The position numbers and the translations under genes were made by a program. The notes under the pieces were generated by a model. It was given only the letters and a program-made list of their open reading frames with translations. It was not told the DNA's origin and searched no databases. Positions 39,070 to 48,608 of a stretch of DNA of 64,000 nt are shown one piece after another (position 1 is the first letter of the stretch; the number at the start of each line of letters is the position of its first letter). The stretch comes from a virus. The stretch is from positions 1-64,000 of the IMG/VR virus record IMGVR_UViG_3300017589_000061, one strand, 5' to 3'.

Positions 39070-39918
39070 ATGAAAATAGTAGCTATTACAGCTTTAAAAG
39101 GTGGAACTGGCAAAAGCGTAATTACTTTTAATATAGCCGCATTATTGGCTCAAAAATTTAAACGTAAAATTTTAATATTGGATTTGGATCCTCAGCACAA
39201 TATGAGTAATTTGTTATATAAGACAGCCATCAGAAGTATTAAATCAACTCCACCTACATCAAAAAGGCGACAAGATGAATTAGCCATGAGTACCAAAGAA
39301 TATACTACAGAAGATATATTTGACCACAGTTTAGATGCATCTCAAGTAATACACAAAACACATATACCTCGATTAGACATTGTACCAACAACTATTTCAA
39401 TGACAGCTGTTGAACTTCAATTAACAGGAATGGCAGGTAGAGAATTAGTTTTAAAAAATTGGATTGAAGATAATAGATTATATTTAGAACAATATGATTA
39501 TATATTCTTTGACTGTAATCCTACCATGTCCATAGTAAATATAAATGCTTATATAGTTTGTGATAGTGTTATTTTGATAAGTGACATTGACATTGATGGA
39601 ATTGAAGCTGTGGGAACTTTTCTTGAATTATATTATCCAATTCAGAGCCGAATTGACAGAAAAGCAGTTGATAATATTAAAGGATTGATAATTAATAAAA
39701 GAGATGATACCACTAAGATAACAAAAGATTTTATAGATTATGTTTATTCAGATAAGTTTGCATTTGATGATATACTTTTGAAAAATAATATTCATAAATC
39801 TACTGCTATCAGCGAAACTAAAGTTCATAGAGAACCAATCAATTCCAGACGAGATGAAAGAAGTTATAATGAATTAATGGATATTATTAACGAATTAACA
39901 GAAAGGGGTATTTTATAA
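39070..39918 (+). CDS. parA: ParA/Soj family partition ATPase
   Basis: KGGTGKS, LDLDPQHN, YDYIFFDCNP. Confidence 0.95.
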   Translation: MKIVAITALKGGTGKSVITFNIAALLAQKFKRKILILDLDPQHNMSNLLYKTAIRSIKSTPPTSKRRQDELAMSTKEYTTEDIFDHSLDASQVIHKTHIPRLDIVPTTISMTAVELQLTGMAGRELVLKNWIEDNRLYLEQYDYIFFDCNPTMSIVNINAYIVCDSVILISDIDIDGIEAVGTFLELYYPIQSRIDRKAVDNIKGLIINKRDDTTKITKDFIDYVYSDKFAFDDILLKNNIHKSTAISETKVHREPINSRRDERSYNELMDIINELTERGIL

Positions 39919-40373
39919 TGGAAAATATGTTTGAAGTGCGTAAAAATGAAAGTAGACGAAAACAATTTGTCGAAGAAAATTTAGATGTAGCCGATAAAAT
40001 TATAAATACCAATCCTTCTATTAAAACGTTTAAAACCGAAGAAAATTTAGCAGAGAAAAAAAATAATATAGAACAATCTGCTGAACAAATTATAACAGAA
40101 AATCAAGAAGAAACATTACCAAAAGATAATACAAATTCATTAATATCAATGCTTTTAGATGAAGATGGAAGAACAAAAGACTCCTTTACTTATTATTTGG
40201 ATAAGTCAATAAATGCTTTAGCAGAATTAATTGTAAGTGGTAATAGTCGCAAAAAATCCAAATTAATAAACTTATTACTCAAATCGGCTATATTATCAAG
40301 TGATGATATTAAACAAATGGCTACCACAAATAAGGATATACAGAAATGTTTGGACAAAATAAAAGAAAATTAA
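39918..40373 (+). CDS. Putative type Ib centromere-binding partner of ParA
   Basis: Coupled to parA; disordered N-terminus and RHH-like C-terminus (SFTYYLD...KSKLINLLL). Confidence 0.55.
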   Translation: MENMFEVRKNESRRKQFVEENLDVADKIINTNPSIKTFKTEENLAEKKNNIEQSAEQIITENQEETLPKDNTNSLISMLLDEDGRTKDSFTYYLDKSINALAELIVSGNSRKKSKLINLLLKSAILSSDDIKQMATTNKDIQKCLDKIKEN

Positions 40374-40440
40374 TTTGATTTTTCTCCAAAGTATGTTATT
40401 CTATATGTTAAAGAATAATAACTTTGGAGGATTTGTTTTT

Positions 40441-41196
40441 ATGAAACTAAAGATTAAAAATCTCAATAAGTTAATAGATAAGCTTTCTGGTAGAGAAATT
40501 GACCTTTATTTATATCTTATAAAAAGGCAAAATACTTTGGGACAAGTTGATGCAATAAGGTATAAAGATGTTATGTTAGATTTACATATGCCCAAATCAA
40601 CTTTTTACAAAGCTTTGTATGAGTTAGAAGAAAATGAGTTTATTTGCATTAACTGGGGATCACGTCAAGGATCATTTGATATCACTGTACTTGATAATAT
40701 TTTTACATCTAAAGATAATTATAACGAAGGATATTTAAATCTAAATCTTGATTTAATATTAAGCCCACTGTTTATTCGACTTCATGTTAATCTTAAAAAA
40801 TTATTATTAAGATTATTAGGACAACAAGCAGGAGATAAGAATATTAAAGTTTCAAAAGAAACATTGAAAAAATTTAGAATGTATTATCTTTTTGATGATC
40901 TTAAAGCTTTATTTAATATACGTGCGTACTCAGAAGATACTTATCTTTTTACATTAAGAAAAGAACTGCGAACAAAGAGCCATAATGTTGACTTCCTACA
41001 ATATCAACATAAATTAATCAATTACTGTAAACAATATAAAATAAGTTACACACTTGAAGATTTAATAGATTCAGTTAAAGTTATTATGAATAATAGAAAA
41101 AAAATGTCCAAAGTGCAAAAAGCATTAGATAAGATACGAAATGAAATACATATGCTACAACCTAAATTAATAAATTATTCTTGTACAAATTTTTAA
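40441..41196 (+). CDS. Putative replication initiator (winged HTH)
   Basis: EIDLYLYL...MPKSTFYKALYELEE..FI; followed by iterons; GGAGG RBS places the start at 40441. Confidence 0.65.
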   Translation: MKLKIKNLNKLIDKLSGREIDLYLYLIKRQNTLGQVDAIRYKDVMLDLHMPKSTFYKALYELEENEFICINWGSRQGSFDITVLDNIFTSKDNYNEGYLNLNLDLILSPLFIRLHVNLKKLLLRLLGQQAGDKNIKVSKETLKKFRMYYLFDDLKALFNIRAYSEDTYLFTLRKELRTKSHNVDFLQYQHKLINYCKQYKISYTLEDLIDSVKVIMNNRKKMSKVQKALDKIRNEIHMLQPKLINYSCTNF

Positions 41197-41263
41197 TTAC
41201 TTCTTAGAAAATTACTACTCTTAGAAGTTTTTGTTGTGTAATTAAATAATTTCAAAATATCAT

Positions 41264-41286
41264 GGCAATGAAAATTGTCTTTTTTT
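41264..41286 (+). terminator. Terminator after the initiator gene
   Basis: GGCAAT-gaaa-ATTGTC-T7. Confidence 0.6.
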
Positions 41287-41344
41287 ATGTCCAGATTTAA
41301 TTTACAAAAGTTAATTTTGTTCAAAATGTTTTATAAAACATGAC

Positions 41345-41450
41345 TTGTCCACAGTATTTTAACTTTTTGAACCTGTGGATTGTCCAATAAAGTTATACAC
41401 AATCATGTGGATTGTCCAATTAATGAAAAAATAGCCTGTGGATTGTCCAA
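41345..41450. repeat. Putative origin: three iterons and DnaA boxes
   Basis: TGTGGATTGTCCAA at 41374, 41406 and 41437; TTGTCCACA at 41345; TTATACACA at 41393; AT-rich flank. Confidence 0.75.
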
Positions 41451-41590
41451 CGGCATGACCAACTAATATTTATACTGCAACATTTTCGTTGAGCTATATC
41501 TTTTTATTTGTTTTAATCTTCTTATCTTTTTCTATTCTTTTATATTTGTCCGACTGGAGAAAATAATTTAATTATTTTTTAATATAATCC

Positions 41591-41619
41591 TTGACAAGTA
41601 TATTTGGCTGTGTTATACT
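41591..41619 (+). promoter_or_regulatory. SigmaA promoter
   Basis: TTGACA-17-TATACT with TG. Confidence 0.8.
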
Positions 41620-41707
41620 ATTTATATATGGCTAGGAGGCGATGTAATTTGATTGTGTATGAATTAAATTAAAAAAAATATTACTAAATAATAGGAGATG
41701 ATTAATA

Positions 41708-42028
41708 ATGAGTAAGATTGAAGTAAAAACTTATAAAGAAGTATTTGAAGTTATTTTAGGAATTAAATTTGATGAAAAACTTCAAAAGTGTGTTAAGTAT
41801 TTAGAAACTGAAGATTATGATGAAAGAAGTATTGTTTATGCAATATATACATCTCAAGACAAATTATCAATATACATAGGTGATCCGAGATTTTTTAGTA
41901 TTTTACAGAACGAAGTACGTAAAATTGCCCACACAAAAACATATTGGAGAGAATATTGGGCGAAAAAAGATGCTAAAAAGAAAAGTGATACTACTAAAAA
42001 GAAACAACCCACCCAAACTAAAAAATAG
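41708..42028 (+). CDS. Hypothetical protein
   Basis: AGGAG RBS; first gene after the promoter. Confidence 0.6.
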   Translation: MSKIEVKTYKEVFEVILGIKFDEKLQKCVKYLETEDYDERSIVYAIYTSQDKLSIYIGDPRFFSILQNEVRKIAHTKTYWREYWAKKDAKKKSDTTKKKQPTQTKK

Positions 42029-42039
42029 GGGATGACAAT

Positions 42040-42225
42040 GTGAATTTAATATATATCTACGATTTAAAACAAGCCACTTGGATGGCTAATAACGGTGCAG
42101 AAATTTATAGAATTGGTAAAGGTGGAAAAGGCGATATATTAATTACCTTTGAGAAAACAGAAAAAACAAATAAGTTGATGAAATATTGGCAAGAAAATGA
42201 TAACTTAATGAAAGGAATAAATTAA
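42040..42225 (+). CDS. DUF5659-like small protein
   Basis: IYIYDLKQATWM..NG...ITFEK pattern. Confidence 0.5.
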   Translation: MNLIYIYDLKQATWMANNGAEIYRIGKGGKGDILITFEKTEKTNKLMKYWQENDNLMKGIN

Positions 42226-42231
42226 ATTAAA

Positions 42232-43515
42232 ATGGAAAACAAAATTAAAGTAGTAGATGCAATTTGTGGGGCAGGGAAAACTTCAATGAGCATTCAAGAA
42301 ATGAACAATAATCCAAATAAAAGATATATATATATTACACCATTTTTATCAGAAATTGATAGGGTAATAGCCAATACTAATATTAATATGAAAGCCCCTG
42401 AACATAAAGGTAGAGGTAAAATTGATAATTTTGAATATTTAATATCAACTCAACAAAATATAGCTTCAACTCATGTTTTATTTCAAAGGTTTGATATTAA
42501 TAAAAAACAGAAGTTAAAAAATGGACACTATACATTATTTTTAGATGAAGTAATGAATGTTATTCAAGAAATTGAAGATATAACTAAAGGAGATATTGAT
42601 TTATTAATAGGTGAAAAAATAATTGAAATTGATAATGAAAATTATGTCCATTGGATAAAAGATTATAATGACACTAAATATGACAAAATTAAACAAATGG
42701 CAGAAAACAAGAGCTTGATATTAGTTAATAAAAAACTTATGGTATGGAATTTTCCAGTAGATATATTTGATTGTTTTGATGAAGTTTTTATCTTAACTTA
42801 TAAATTTGACGGTCAAATTATGAAACATTACTATGATTATCACAATGTAAAATATACTAAATATAGTATAAAAAAAATTACAATTAGCGATGATTATTCA
42901 AAATATAAATTAGTAGAATACTCTCAGCAAAATGAATTTGAGTACATAGACAAATATAGAAAACTAATCAATATTTATACCAACCCTGATTTAAATGAAA
43001 TAGGGGATAAAAAAAGTGCATTATCAGTTTCATGGTTTAAACATTCCAATAAGGAAATTAAGACATTATTAAAAAATAACACATATAATTATTTTAAAAA
43101 TAAGATAAAAGGTAAAGCTTACGATAATATGTGGACTACATTTAAAGATTATAAGAAAATATTAAGAGGAGATAGTTATAAACAATGTGTTTTAGTAGAT
43201 GAATTTAATAAGCCATTAAAAGACGAAAATGATAAAGAAGTAGTTCAAGATTGTTTTGTATCATTTAACGCCAGAGCTACGAATGATTATAAATTCAAAC
43301 GAAATCTAGCTTATATGTGCAACGTATACATACATCCAAATATTAAACAATTTTTCAATTTAAAAGGAATTGAATTTAATGAAGACGAATATGCTTTGTC
43401 GGAATTAATACAATGGATTTTTAGAAGTAGTATAAGAGAAGGCAAAAATATTAACATATATTTACCATCAAAAAGAATGAGAACTTTTTTAATAAATTGG
43501 TTAAATAATATTTAG
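42232..43515 (+). CDS. SF2 helicase-like protein (SPbeta YonV-like)
   Basis: VDAICGAGKTS, YITPFLSE, LFLDEV, QWIFRSSIR...YLPSKRM. Confidence 0.75.
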   Translation: MENKIKVVDAICGAGKTSMSIQEMNNNPNKRYIYITPFLSEIDRVIANTNINMKAPEHKGRGKIDNFEYLISTQQNIASTHVLFQRFDINKKQKLKNGHYTLFLDEVMNVIQEIEDITKGDIDLLIGEKIIEIDNENYVHWIKDYNDTKYDKIKQMAENKSLILVNKKLMVWNFPVDIFDCFDEVFILTYKFDGQIMKHYYDYHNVKYTKYSIKKITISDDYSKYKLVEYSQQNEFEYIDKYRKLINIYTNPDLNEIGDKKSALSVSWFKHSNKEIKTLLKNNTYNYFKNKIKGKAYDNMWTTFKDYKKILRGDSYKQCVLVDEFNKPLKDENDKEVVQDCFVSFNARATNDYKFKRNLAYMCNVYIHPNIKQFFNLKGIEFNEDEYALSELIQWIFRSSIREGKNINIYLPSKRMRTFLINWLNNI

Positions 43516-43721
43516 TTTAACGTACACCCCACGTTAAAATTAAAAAATTTCTTCGGTAAAATCAGACATAATTGGGGGTATTCCCTAAAAGAAAAAGATA
43601 ACAAAAAACATTACAAAATTAGAGGTATGTTTCACGGTATGTTTCACAAAAATATTAAAATTCGTATTAAGTTTTTAAATTAAAATGTAACATAAATTAA
43701 ATTAAAAATATACTATGACGA

Positions 43722-43765
43722 AAAAATATATCTAATGGGACGGTTTTGCCATTAGATATATTTTT
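43722..43765. repeat. Perfect 17-bp inverted repeat
   Basis: AAAAATATATCTAATGG-10 nt-CCATTAGATATATTTTT. Confidence 0.8.
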
Positions 43766-43842
43766 AAAAGGAAATGAAAGTGGTTTTCTTTCATTGACGC
43801 TTCTTTTGACCTTAGAGCCTTCAGCAAGTATTATGTTATATT

Positions 43843-43881
43843 ATAAGTATTACTAATTGTTTAAGTAATACTTATTTTTTT
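43843..43881 (+). terminator. Terminator-like hairpin
   Basis: ATAAGTATTACT-loop-AGTAATACTTAT followed by a T run. Confidence 0.55.
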
Positions 43882-44225
43882 GCCCAATCATATATATTTT
43901 AGTTAATTATCACATAAATACATCATTTCTGTTGGGAAATCAACGTTTTATAACACTTTTACGTCATTTTTAATCAAAAATACATTGAAATTATAACAAA
44001 ATTTATCATATACATACTTTTAAGCATTAAAATAGGGTTAAAACGCACGTAATATTGTTAATGAGTAAATACTTACCCAAGTGGGTTGCGTGAAGATTTG
44101 GTACTGTTTATTAGCTTTTTACCCTAGTTTGAGGGGGTGTAGGTATAGTCTAGTGGTAAAGTTTTAAATTTAATATTTCTGTGAATAAAATTTTAAATTA
44201 TGGATAATATATATTTTGAAAGAGG

Positions 44226-44627
44226 GTGATTGTTTTCAGCTATAAAGAACATATTTTATATTCTGAATATATTGGTTGGATAATTTCTATTTTTCTAAAT
44301 TTTACAGTTCAAGAAAAAATTATTTATTTTATTTGTGTTGGAGTAGGATCAATACTTCCTGATGTTGATAGAGCAGATTCGATGGTAGGGCATAATATTA
44401 AATATTTTTCTAGTTGGTTGAATAAAACTGTCGGACATAGAACTTTAACACATAGTCTGTTTTTTATAACTGTATTATATTATTCTGCTAATATAGCATT
44501 CGGAATGAGTGTTGTTTCAACTGGGCTTATGATTGGATGTGTCTTACATGTATTATTTGATTTAATGACACCAATGGGAGTTTCTCTAGCATATCCAATT
44601 AGTCATAAACTGTACAAAATTAAGTGA
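44226..44627 (+). CDS. YdjM-like membrane metal-dependent hydrolase
   Basis: GSILPDVD, GHRTLTHSL, HVLFDLMTPMG; start uncertain. Confidence 0.85.
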   Translation: MIVFSYKEHILYSEYIGWIISIFLNFTVQEKIIYFICVGVGSILPDVDRADSMVGHNIKYFSSWLNKTVGHRTLTHSLFFITVLYYSANIAFGMSVVSTGLMIGCVLHVLFDLMTPMGVSLAYPISHKLYKIK

Positions 44628-44635
44628 GCTGGTTA

Positions 44636-45184
44636 TTATTCCAGCTCCTTAAAATTTATATTATTTAAATTTTGTATATACTCATTCTCAATATTTCCTG
44701 TTGGTAAATTACTAATTAACAGTACGCTTTTAAAATCAGTATTTTCATATTTTTTAATTGTCTGTTTTAAATTTCCGTATGAACGCTCAATTTCTATTGC
44801 TACAGTAGTTATTTTATTATTACGTTTTAATTCAACTACTAAATCTGGTTTAATACCTTGTTGAATTTGTTGGAGTTTGCAATTTAATATTTCGTATCCA
44901 TTTTGCTGAAGCCAAAAGTATGTCTTTGCTGCTATGTCAAGATGTTCTCGTTGACTTTTTAATTTACCCGTATAGTAGAAATATTTTTCATGTGCAAATT
45001 TACGATATCTTTTTATGTGACTATATTTGTATAAATGTTCTAAATGCTTATTTGCCATTCGCTGACTTGTGTAAAACATTTTTTGAATTGTGTCCGAGTA
45101 GCAAGGGATAAGTTTGATAAATTCTACTACTTGATTATCTCGTTCTTTGGATTGTGTATTGGTTAATCTTTTTTTATCTAACAC
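44636..45184 (-). CDS. Replication-relaxation family protein (wHTH plus PD-(D/E)XK nuclease)
   Basis: ERD...ANKHL..L; H; KPDL...AIEIERS...KKY; directly downstream of the FtsK gene. Confidence 0.7.
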   Translation of the reverse strand: MLDKKRLTNTQSKERDNQVVEFIKLIPCYSDTIQKMFYTSQRMANKHLEHLYKYSHIKRYRKFAHEKYFYYTGKLKSQREHLDIAAKTYFWLQQNGYEILNCKLQQIQQGIKPDLVVELKRNNKITTVAIEIERSYGNLKQTIKKYENTDFKSVLLISNLPTGNIENEYIQNLNNINFKELE

Positions 45185-46764
45185 ATTAAATCAACCCTTC
45201 CTTCTTTCTTCTGTCTAAGTTTTTCTATTGGAATTGTTTTATCTTCAATAGGTTTAACATCTTCTAGTTGTATATTTTTTTCAACACATTTAGAAGAAAT
45301 AAGTTTTTCAATAGTAGTGATTAATTTATTTTTATTACTTTCTTCGTCATCCTCTAAGTAAAAACTTTTAAATGTTACATCTTGATACATATCATGAATT
45401 ATAGCTTCACCTTTGTCATGTAATTCTTTAAATAATCGATTATCTCCTTCTCCAAGTACAACTTCTGAATTTGGAATACTAACCGTTCTAAATCCAACTG
45501 TATGATTAAGATTAGCTTTTAATATAGGATCAAGATTATCTTTACAAGGTCTTTGCAGGGATAATATGAATTTTATATTACAAGCTCTTGATTTGGCTAA
45601 GATTTGATTCATTTCTTCTACAATTCTATTTTTCTTTGTGTTTAACATATAATATTCTTCAATCACAACAACTATTGGTTTCATTGGATTGTTTTTATGT
45701 TTATTATTGTACGAAATATAATCCTTACAATTTGTTATATCCAAAAGGTGATATCTTTCATTCATAGTATCTTTAATTTTAGTAATTTCATTTCTTGCTA
45801 CCACAACATCTTTTGTAAATGTAGTAAGATTTTTATAATTTTTCAATATATTATAATCTCCGCCAAACTTTAAGTCTAATATTTTTATTTCAATATTTTG
45901 TAAAATCATTGCAGTTAATAAACATTTTATAAAGTTTGTTTTTCCTGAACCATTTGTTCCAGCTACAAGGATATGTGGTTCGTCTGTTAAATCTATAGTT
46001 ACTATTTGCTGACCATTTTCAGTTAAAGTTATACCAATTGGAAATATTAATTTTCCTTTAATTGGTATAATTGAATTATAATTTGGAGTATAAAATTTTT
46101 GATAATGTAAATCGTATTCTTGTATTGTGAGTTTATAATCGGGAGTTAAATTGAATTTTAAAGGTTTTTTAATTGCTGATTGAATTAAAGGTTTCATATT
46201 TTCAAATATTTCAATACATAATCCATATGGTAATTTGAAGATATATTTATTTCCTATTTTGGTTTCTTCAGTTTCAATAAATTCTGGATATTCGCCTTCT
46301 TTATTTTTAATTCCACAACTTTTAAATATTTTATCCCACACAAAACTTAATGATGCTTTTTCAAATACTTCTATTTTTGCATAGAAATTTTTAGTTACAG
46401 TTATTATCATTGGTTTATGAATTGATGCTTCAATATTATCTTGATATTTAATTAGATCATATGCAGTCATTGGAGATGGTGTTTCAAAGATATATGTTGT
46501 TTTATCATCATCTTTAAAATCATGTAATTTCTTAGGCATCTTACCATCTTTATTTATTAAACCAACTTCTTTAAAAGTTTTATCCCATTTACTGTTAAAT
46601 AAATCGTTGAACATAAATCCACCAGATATACTTGTTAATGCTAATGGAATTATATTTCCAAATGGTAAGAAACTTAATACTGCATTGCTTGCCAATAAAA
46701 CTGCACTTCCAGTTAAACTATAAATATCTTTTTCAAAATTAGTTGTTACTTTTTTTATTGCCAT
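45178..46764 (-). CDS. FtsK/SpoIIIE-family DNA translocase with N-terminal TM segments
   Basis: PHILVAGTNGSGKT, LDLK, VVVIEE, LSLQRP. Confidence 0.92.
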   Translation of the reverse strand: MAIKKVTTNFEKDIYSLTGSAVLLASNAVLSFLPFGNIIPLALTSISGGFMFNDLFNSKWDKTFKEVGLINKDGKMPKKLHDFKDDDKTTYIFETPSPMTAYDLIKYQDNIEASIHKPMIITVTKNFYAKIEVFEKASLSFVWDKIFKSCGIKNKEGEYPEFIETEETKIGNKYIFKLPYGLCIEIFENMKPLIQSAIKKPLKFNLTPDYKLTIQEYDLHYQKFYTPNYNSIIPIKGKLIFPIGITLTENGQQIVTIDLTDEPHILVAGTNGSGKTNFIKCLLTAMILQNIEIKILDLKFGGDYNILKNYKNLTTFTKDVVVARNEITKIKDTMNERYHLLDITNCKDYISYNNKHKNNPMKPIVVVIEEYYMLNTKKNRIVEEMNQILAKSRACNIKFILSLQRPCKDNLDPILKANLNHTVGFRTVSIPNSEVVLGEGDNRLFKELHDKGEAIIHDMYQDVTFKSFYLEDDEESNKNKLITTIEKLISSKCVEKNIQLEDVKPIEDKTIPIEKLRQKKEGRVDLMC

Positions 46765-46891
46765 AATATTCTCCTTCCAAATTGATATAAATTTATATTC
46801 AAAATTGTTCCAACAGATAGTTCTAATTCAAAGGAATATATAAATGTTGATGTTTCAATATTTGGACAAATTTGTATTAGTGTTTTTCAAA

Positions 46892-46966
46892 GTAAGGTTA
46901 GCGACCGTGAGTGAGCTAATCGAACTTTGCCCACGGTGAGTGGGTGACGGGTAACCCCTACCTTGC
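46892..46966. other. GC-rich structured intergenic element with two GTGAGTG repeats
   Basis: Stems GTAAGGT/ACCTTGC and ACCGTG/CACGGT in an AT-rich background. Confidence 0.45.
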
Positions 46967-47077
46967 AAATGTGAATAGTAGGGGTATTATACTGGTGAAA
47001 TTAATGTTCGATAATGATACAGCTAGGATGAGAAGTATTGATATTATTGTTAGTGACCAAGATAATATATTTTTCAT
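46958..47077 (-). CDS. Small 39-aa membrane peptide
   Basis: MKNILSWSLTIISILLILAVSL... after an AAGGAG RBS. Confidence 0.55.
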   Translation of the reverse strand: MKNILSWSLTIISILLILAVSLSNINFTSIIPLLFTFAR

Positions 47078-47087
47078 ATCTACTCCT

Positions 47088-47339
47088 TTAAAATATTCGT
47101 TCTCGGTAATTATCATCTTTACCTTTAAATACAAACGCATTTTTACAAGAGTTACATTTACTGGTTCTTTTATAGAGACAGGTATTACAAGATTGTCTGA
47201 AATTAAAATCAAATATTGTGGAATTGATTTCATACTCTTCAAATTTTTTTCTAGCTTTATTTACATCTTTACCTTTATTTGTTGACCAATCTAATGCGTC
47301 ATAGCAGAGATGCTCGTATGCTTTATAAAGCTTGCTCAT
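47088..47339 (-). CDS. Small Cys-rich protein
   Basis: CNTC...CNSC; GGGG RBS. Confidence 0.55.
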   Translation of the reverse strand: MSKLYKAYEHLCYDALDWSTNKGKDVNKARKKFEEYEINSTIFDFNFRQSCNTCLYKRTSKCNSCKNAFVFKGKDDNYRERIF

Positions 47340-47348
47340 ATTTACCCC

Positions 47349-47522
47349 CTATTCTAATCTTAGAAATCCTTTCATAATTTTACTTGCTGATTTTTCTTCC
47401 TTACGTTTAGCTTCGAGTAGAATATCTTTGATACATCCGCTTTTAGTCGTGTGTTTACATACCCAAGTGTATAATTCTAGTTCTTCAGTATTATTTTTGA
47501 ATGTTAAATTGATGGCTTTCAT
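47349..47522 (-). CDS. 57-aa RHH-like regulator (not in ORF track)
   Basis: MKAINLTFKNNTEELELYTWV...KSGCIKDILL; AGGAGGTG RBS. Confidence 0.65.
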   Translation of the reverse strand: MKAINLTFKNNTEELELYTWVCKHTTKSGCIKDILLEAKRKEEKSASKIMKGFLRLE

Positions 47523-47550
47523 ACAATCACCTCCTATTAATTTATATTGT

Positions 47551-47578
47551 ATTGTATGTTTTAGGTATGAAAGTGTGC
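47551..47578 (-). promoter_or_regulatory. Mother-cell sporulation (sigmaK/sigmaE-type) promoter
   Basis: GCACA-15-CATACAAT upstream of the RHH-FtsK-relaxase operon. Confidence 0.6.
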
Positions 47579-48246
47579 GTAAAATTTGTGTTAATTTTTA
47601 TCTTATTAAAATATATTTTGAAGTGTTGATAATTATGTATGTCCATTATAAAAAAATATGAGCGTTCTTCCGCTACAGATTAAGTCTTAGAATTAATTTT
47701 AAAAAAAGTTAAAGTCGATAGGTATATTTATGTTAGAAATTAGGTTACGTTAGTTTTAGGGGTGATTTGATAGGTATTAGTGTTAATTATACCCCTATTA
47801 GTTGTTAGTATGGATATGAATTTTTACGAACGGGATGGACTTTGGTAAATTATCGTATGAATGTTTAAATTAGAATGGGTGAGGGGATTGTTTGGGTAAA
47901 TTAGGTTAATTTATTGGGATTTTGAAGGGGAGTTTTGGTTGGGATTGACGAATGTTTATCGACTTGAGGAACGACTCAAAATGGGGGAATTTTACCTAAA
48001 TAGTGGAAAATATTAGTGGTGTGATTATAGAGGTACTAGGGGCATATTGTGGATCTGGAATTGGTTATTTAGTGTAAATATAGCCCAGTTCAAACCTTGT
48101 AACCATTGCAATTACTGCATCATAGCTATTATTATATATCATAATCGACTTACTATAATATGTATTATGCATTGCAGATGCTGATTGACTATTGAAGGAT
48201 CAAATATAGTTTTAATAATTATTAGACATAGTTATCATAACTATGT

Positions 48247-48608
48247 CATATAGTATTAGTAAGCACCTTTAATAAATCTAGTATCATAATGATATCATTT
48301 TAATATCATATTGTTTCACGTGAAACATTTTTAATATAATTTTACTAATAACATACTAAACTACTATGCATTATAATATACTAATCTAGTATGCGATAAA
48401 CTAATTAAAACATACTAATAAAATTGGTATTAAAACATACTAAAACAGTATGTAATGAAACTGGATTAAAATATAGGATCAATAAACATACTATACATAT
48501 AATAATTGTATATAATAGTAATACATACTAATCTACTATGTAAACTATACATTAACTATCAAACTATATAACCATTAATTAACAATATTAACATACCAAA
48601 CTTATATG
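48247..48608. repeat. Array of 17-bp CATACYAA-N5-TATG pseudo-palindromes
   Basis: Copies at 48352, 48377, 48436, 48524 and 48592; inverted copy at 48247. Confidence 0.65.
48312..48327. promoter_or_regulatory. Host-type parS site (Spo0J/ParB binding)
   Basis: Perfect palindrome TGTTTCACGTGAAACA. Confidence 0.85.

Noticed and set aside
44183-44210. Possible sigmaF/sigmaG promoter GAATA-14-GGATAATAT before the YdjM-like gene
   Set aside because: Spacing is off consensus and the AT-rich context makes a chance match likely.
46944-47661. Plus-strand ORFs 46944..47285 and 47332..47661
   Set aside because: They overlap better-supported minus-strand genes that have RBSs.
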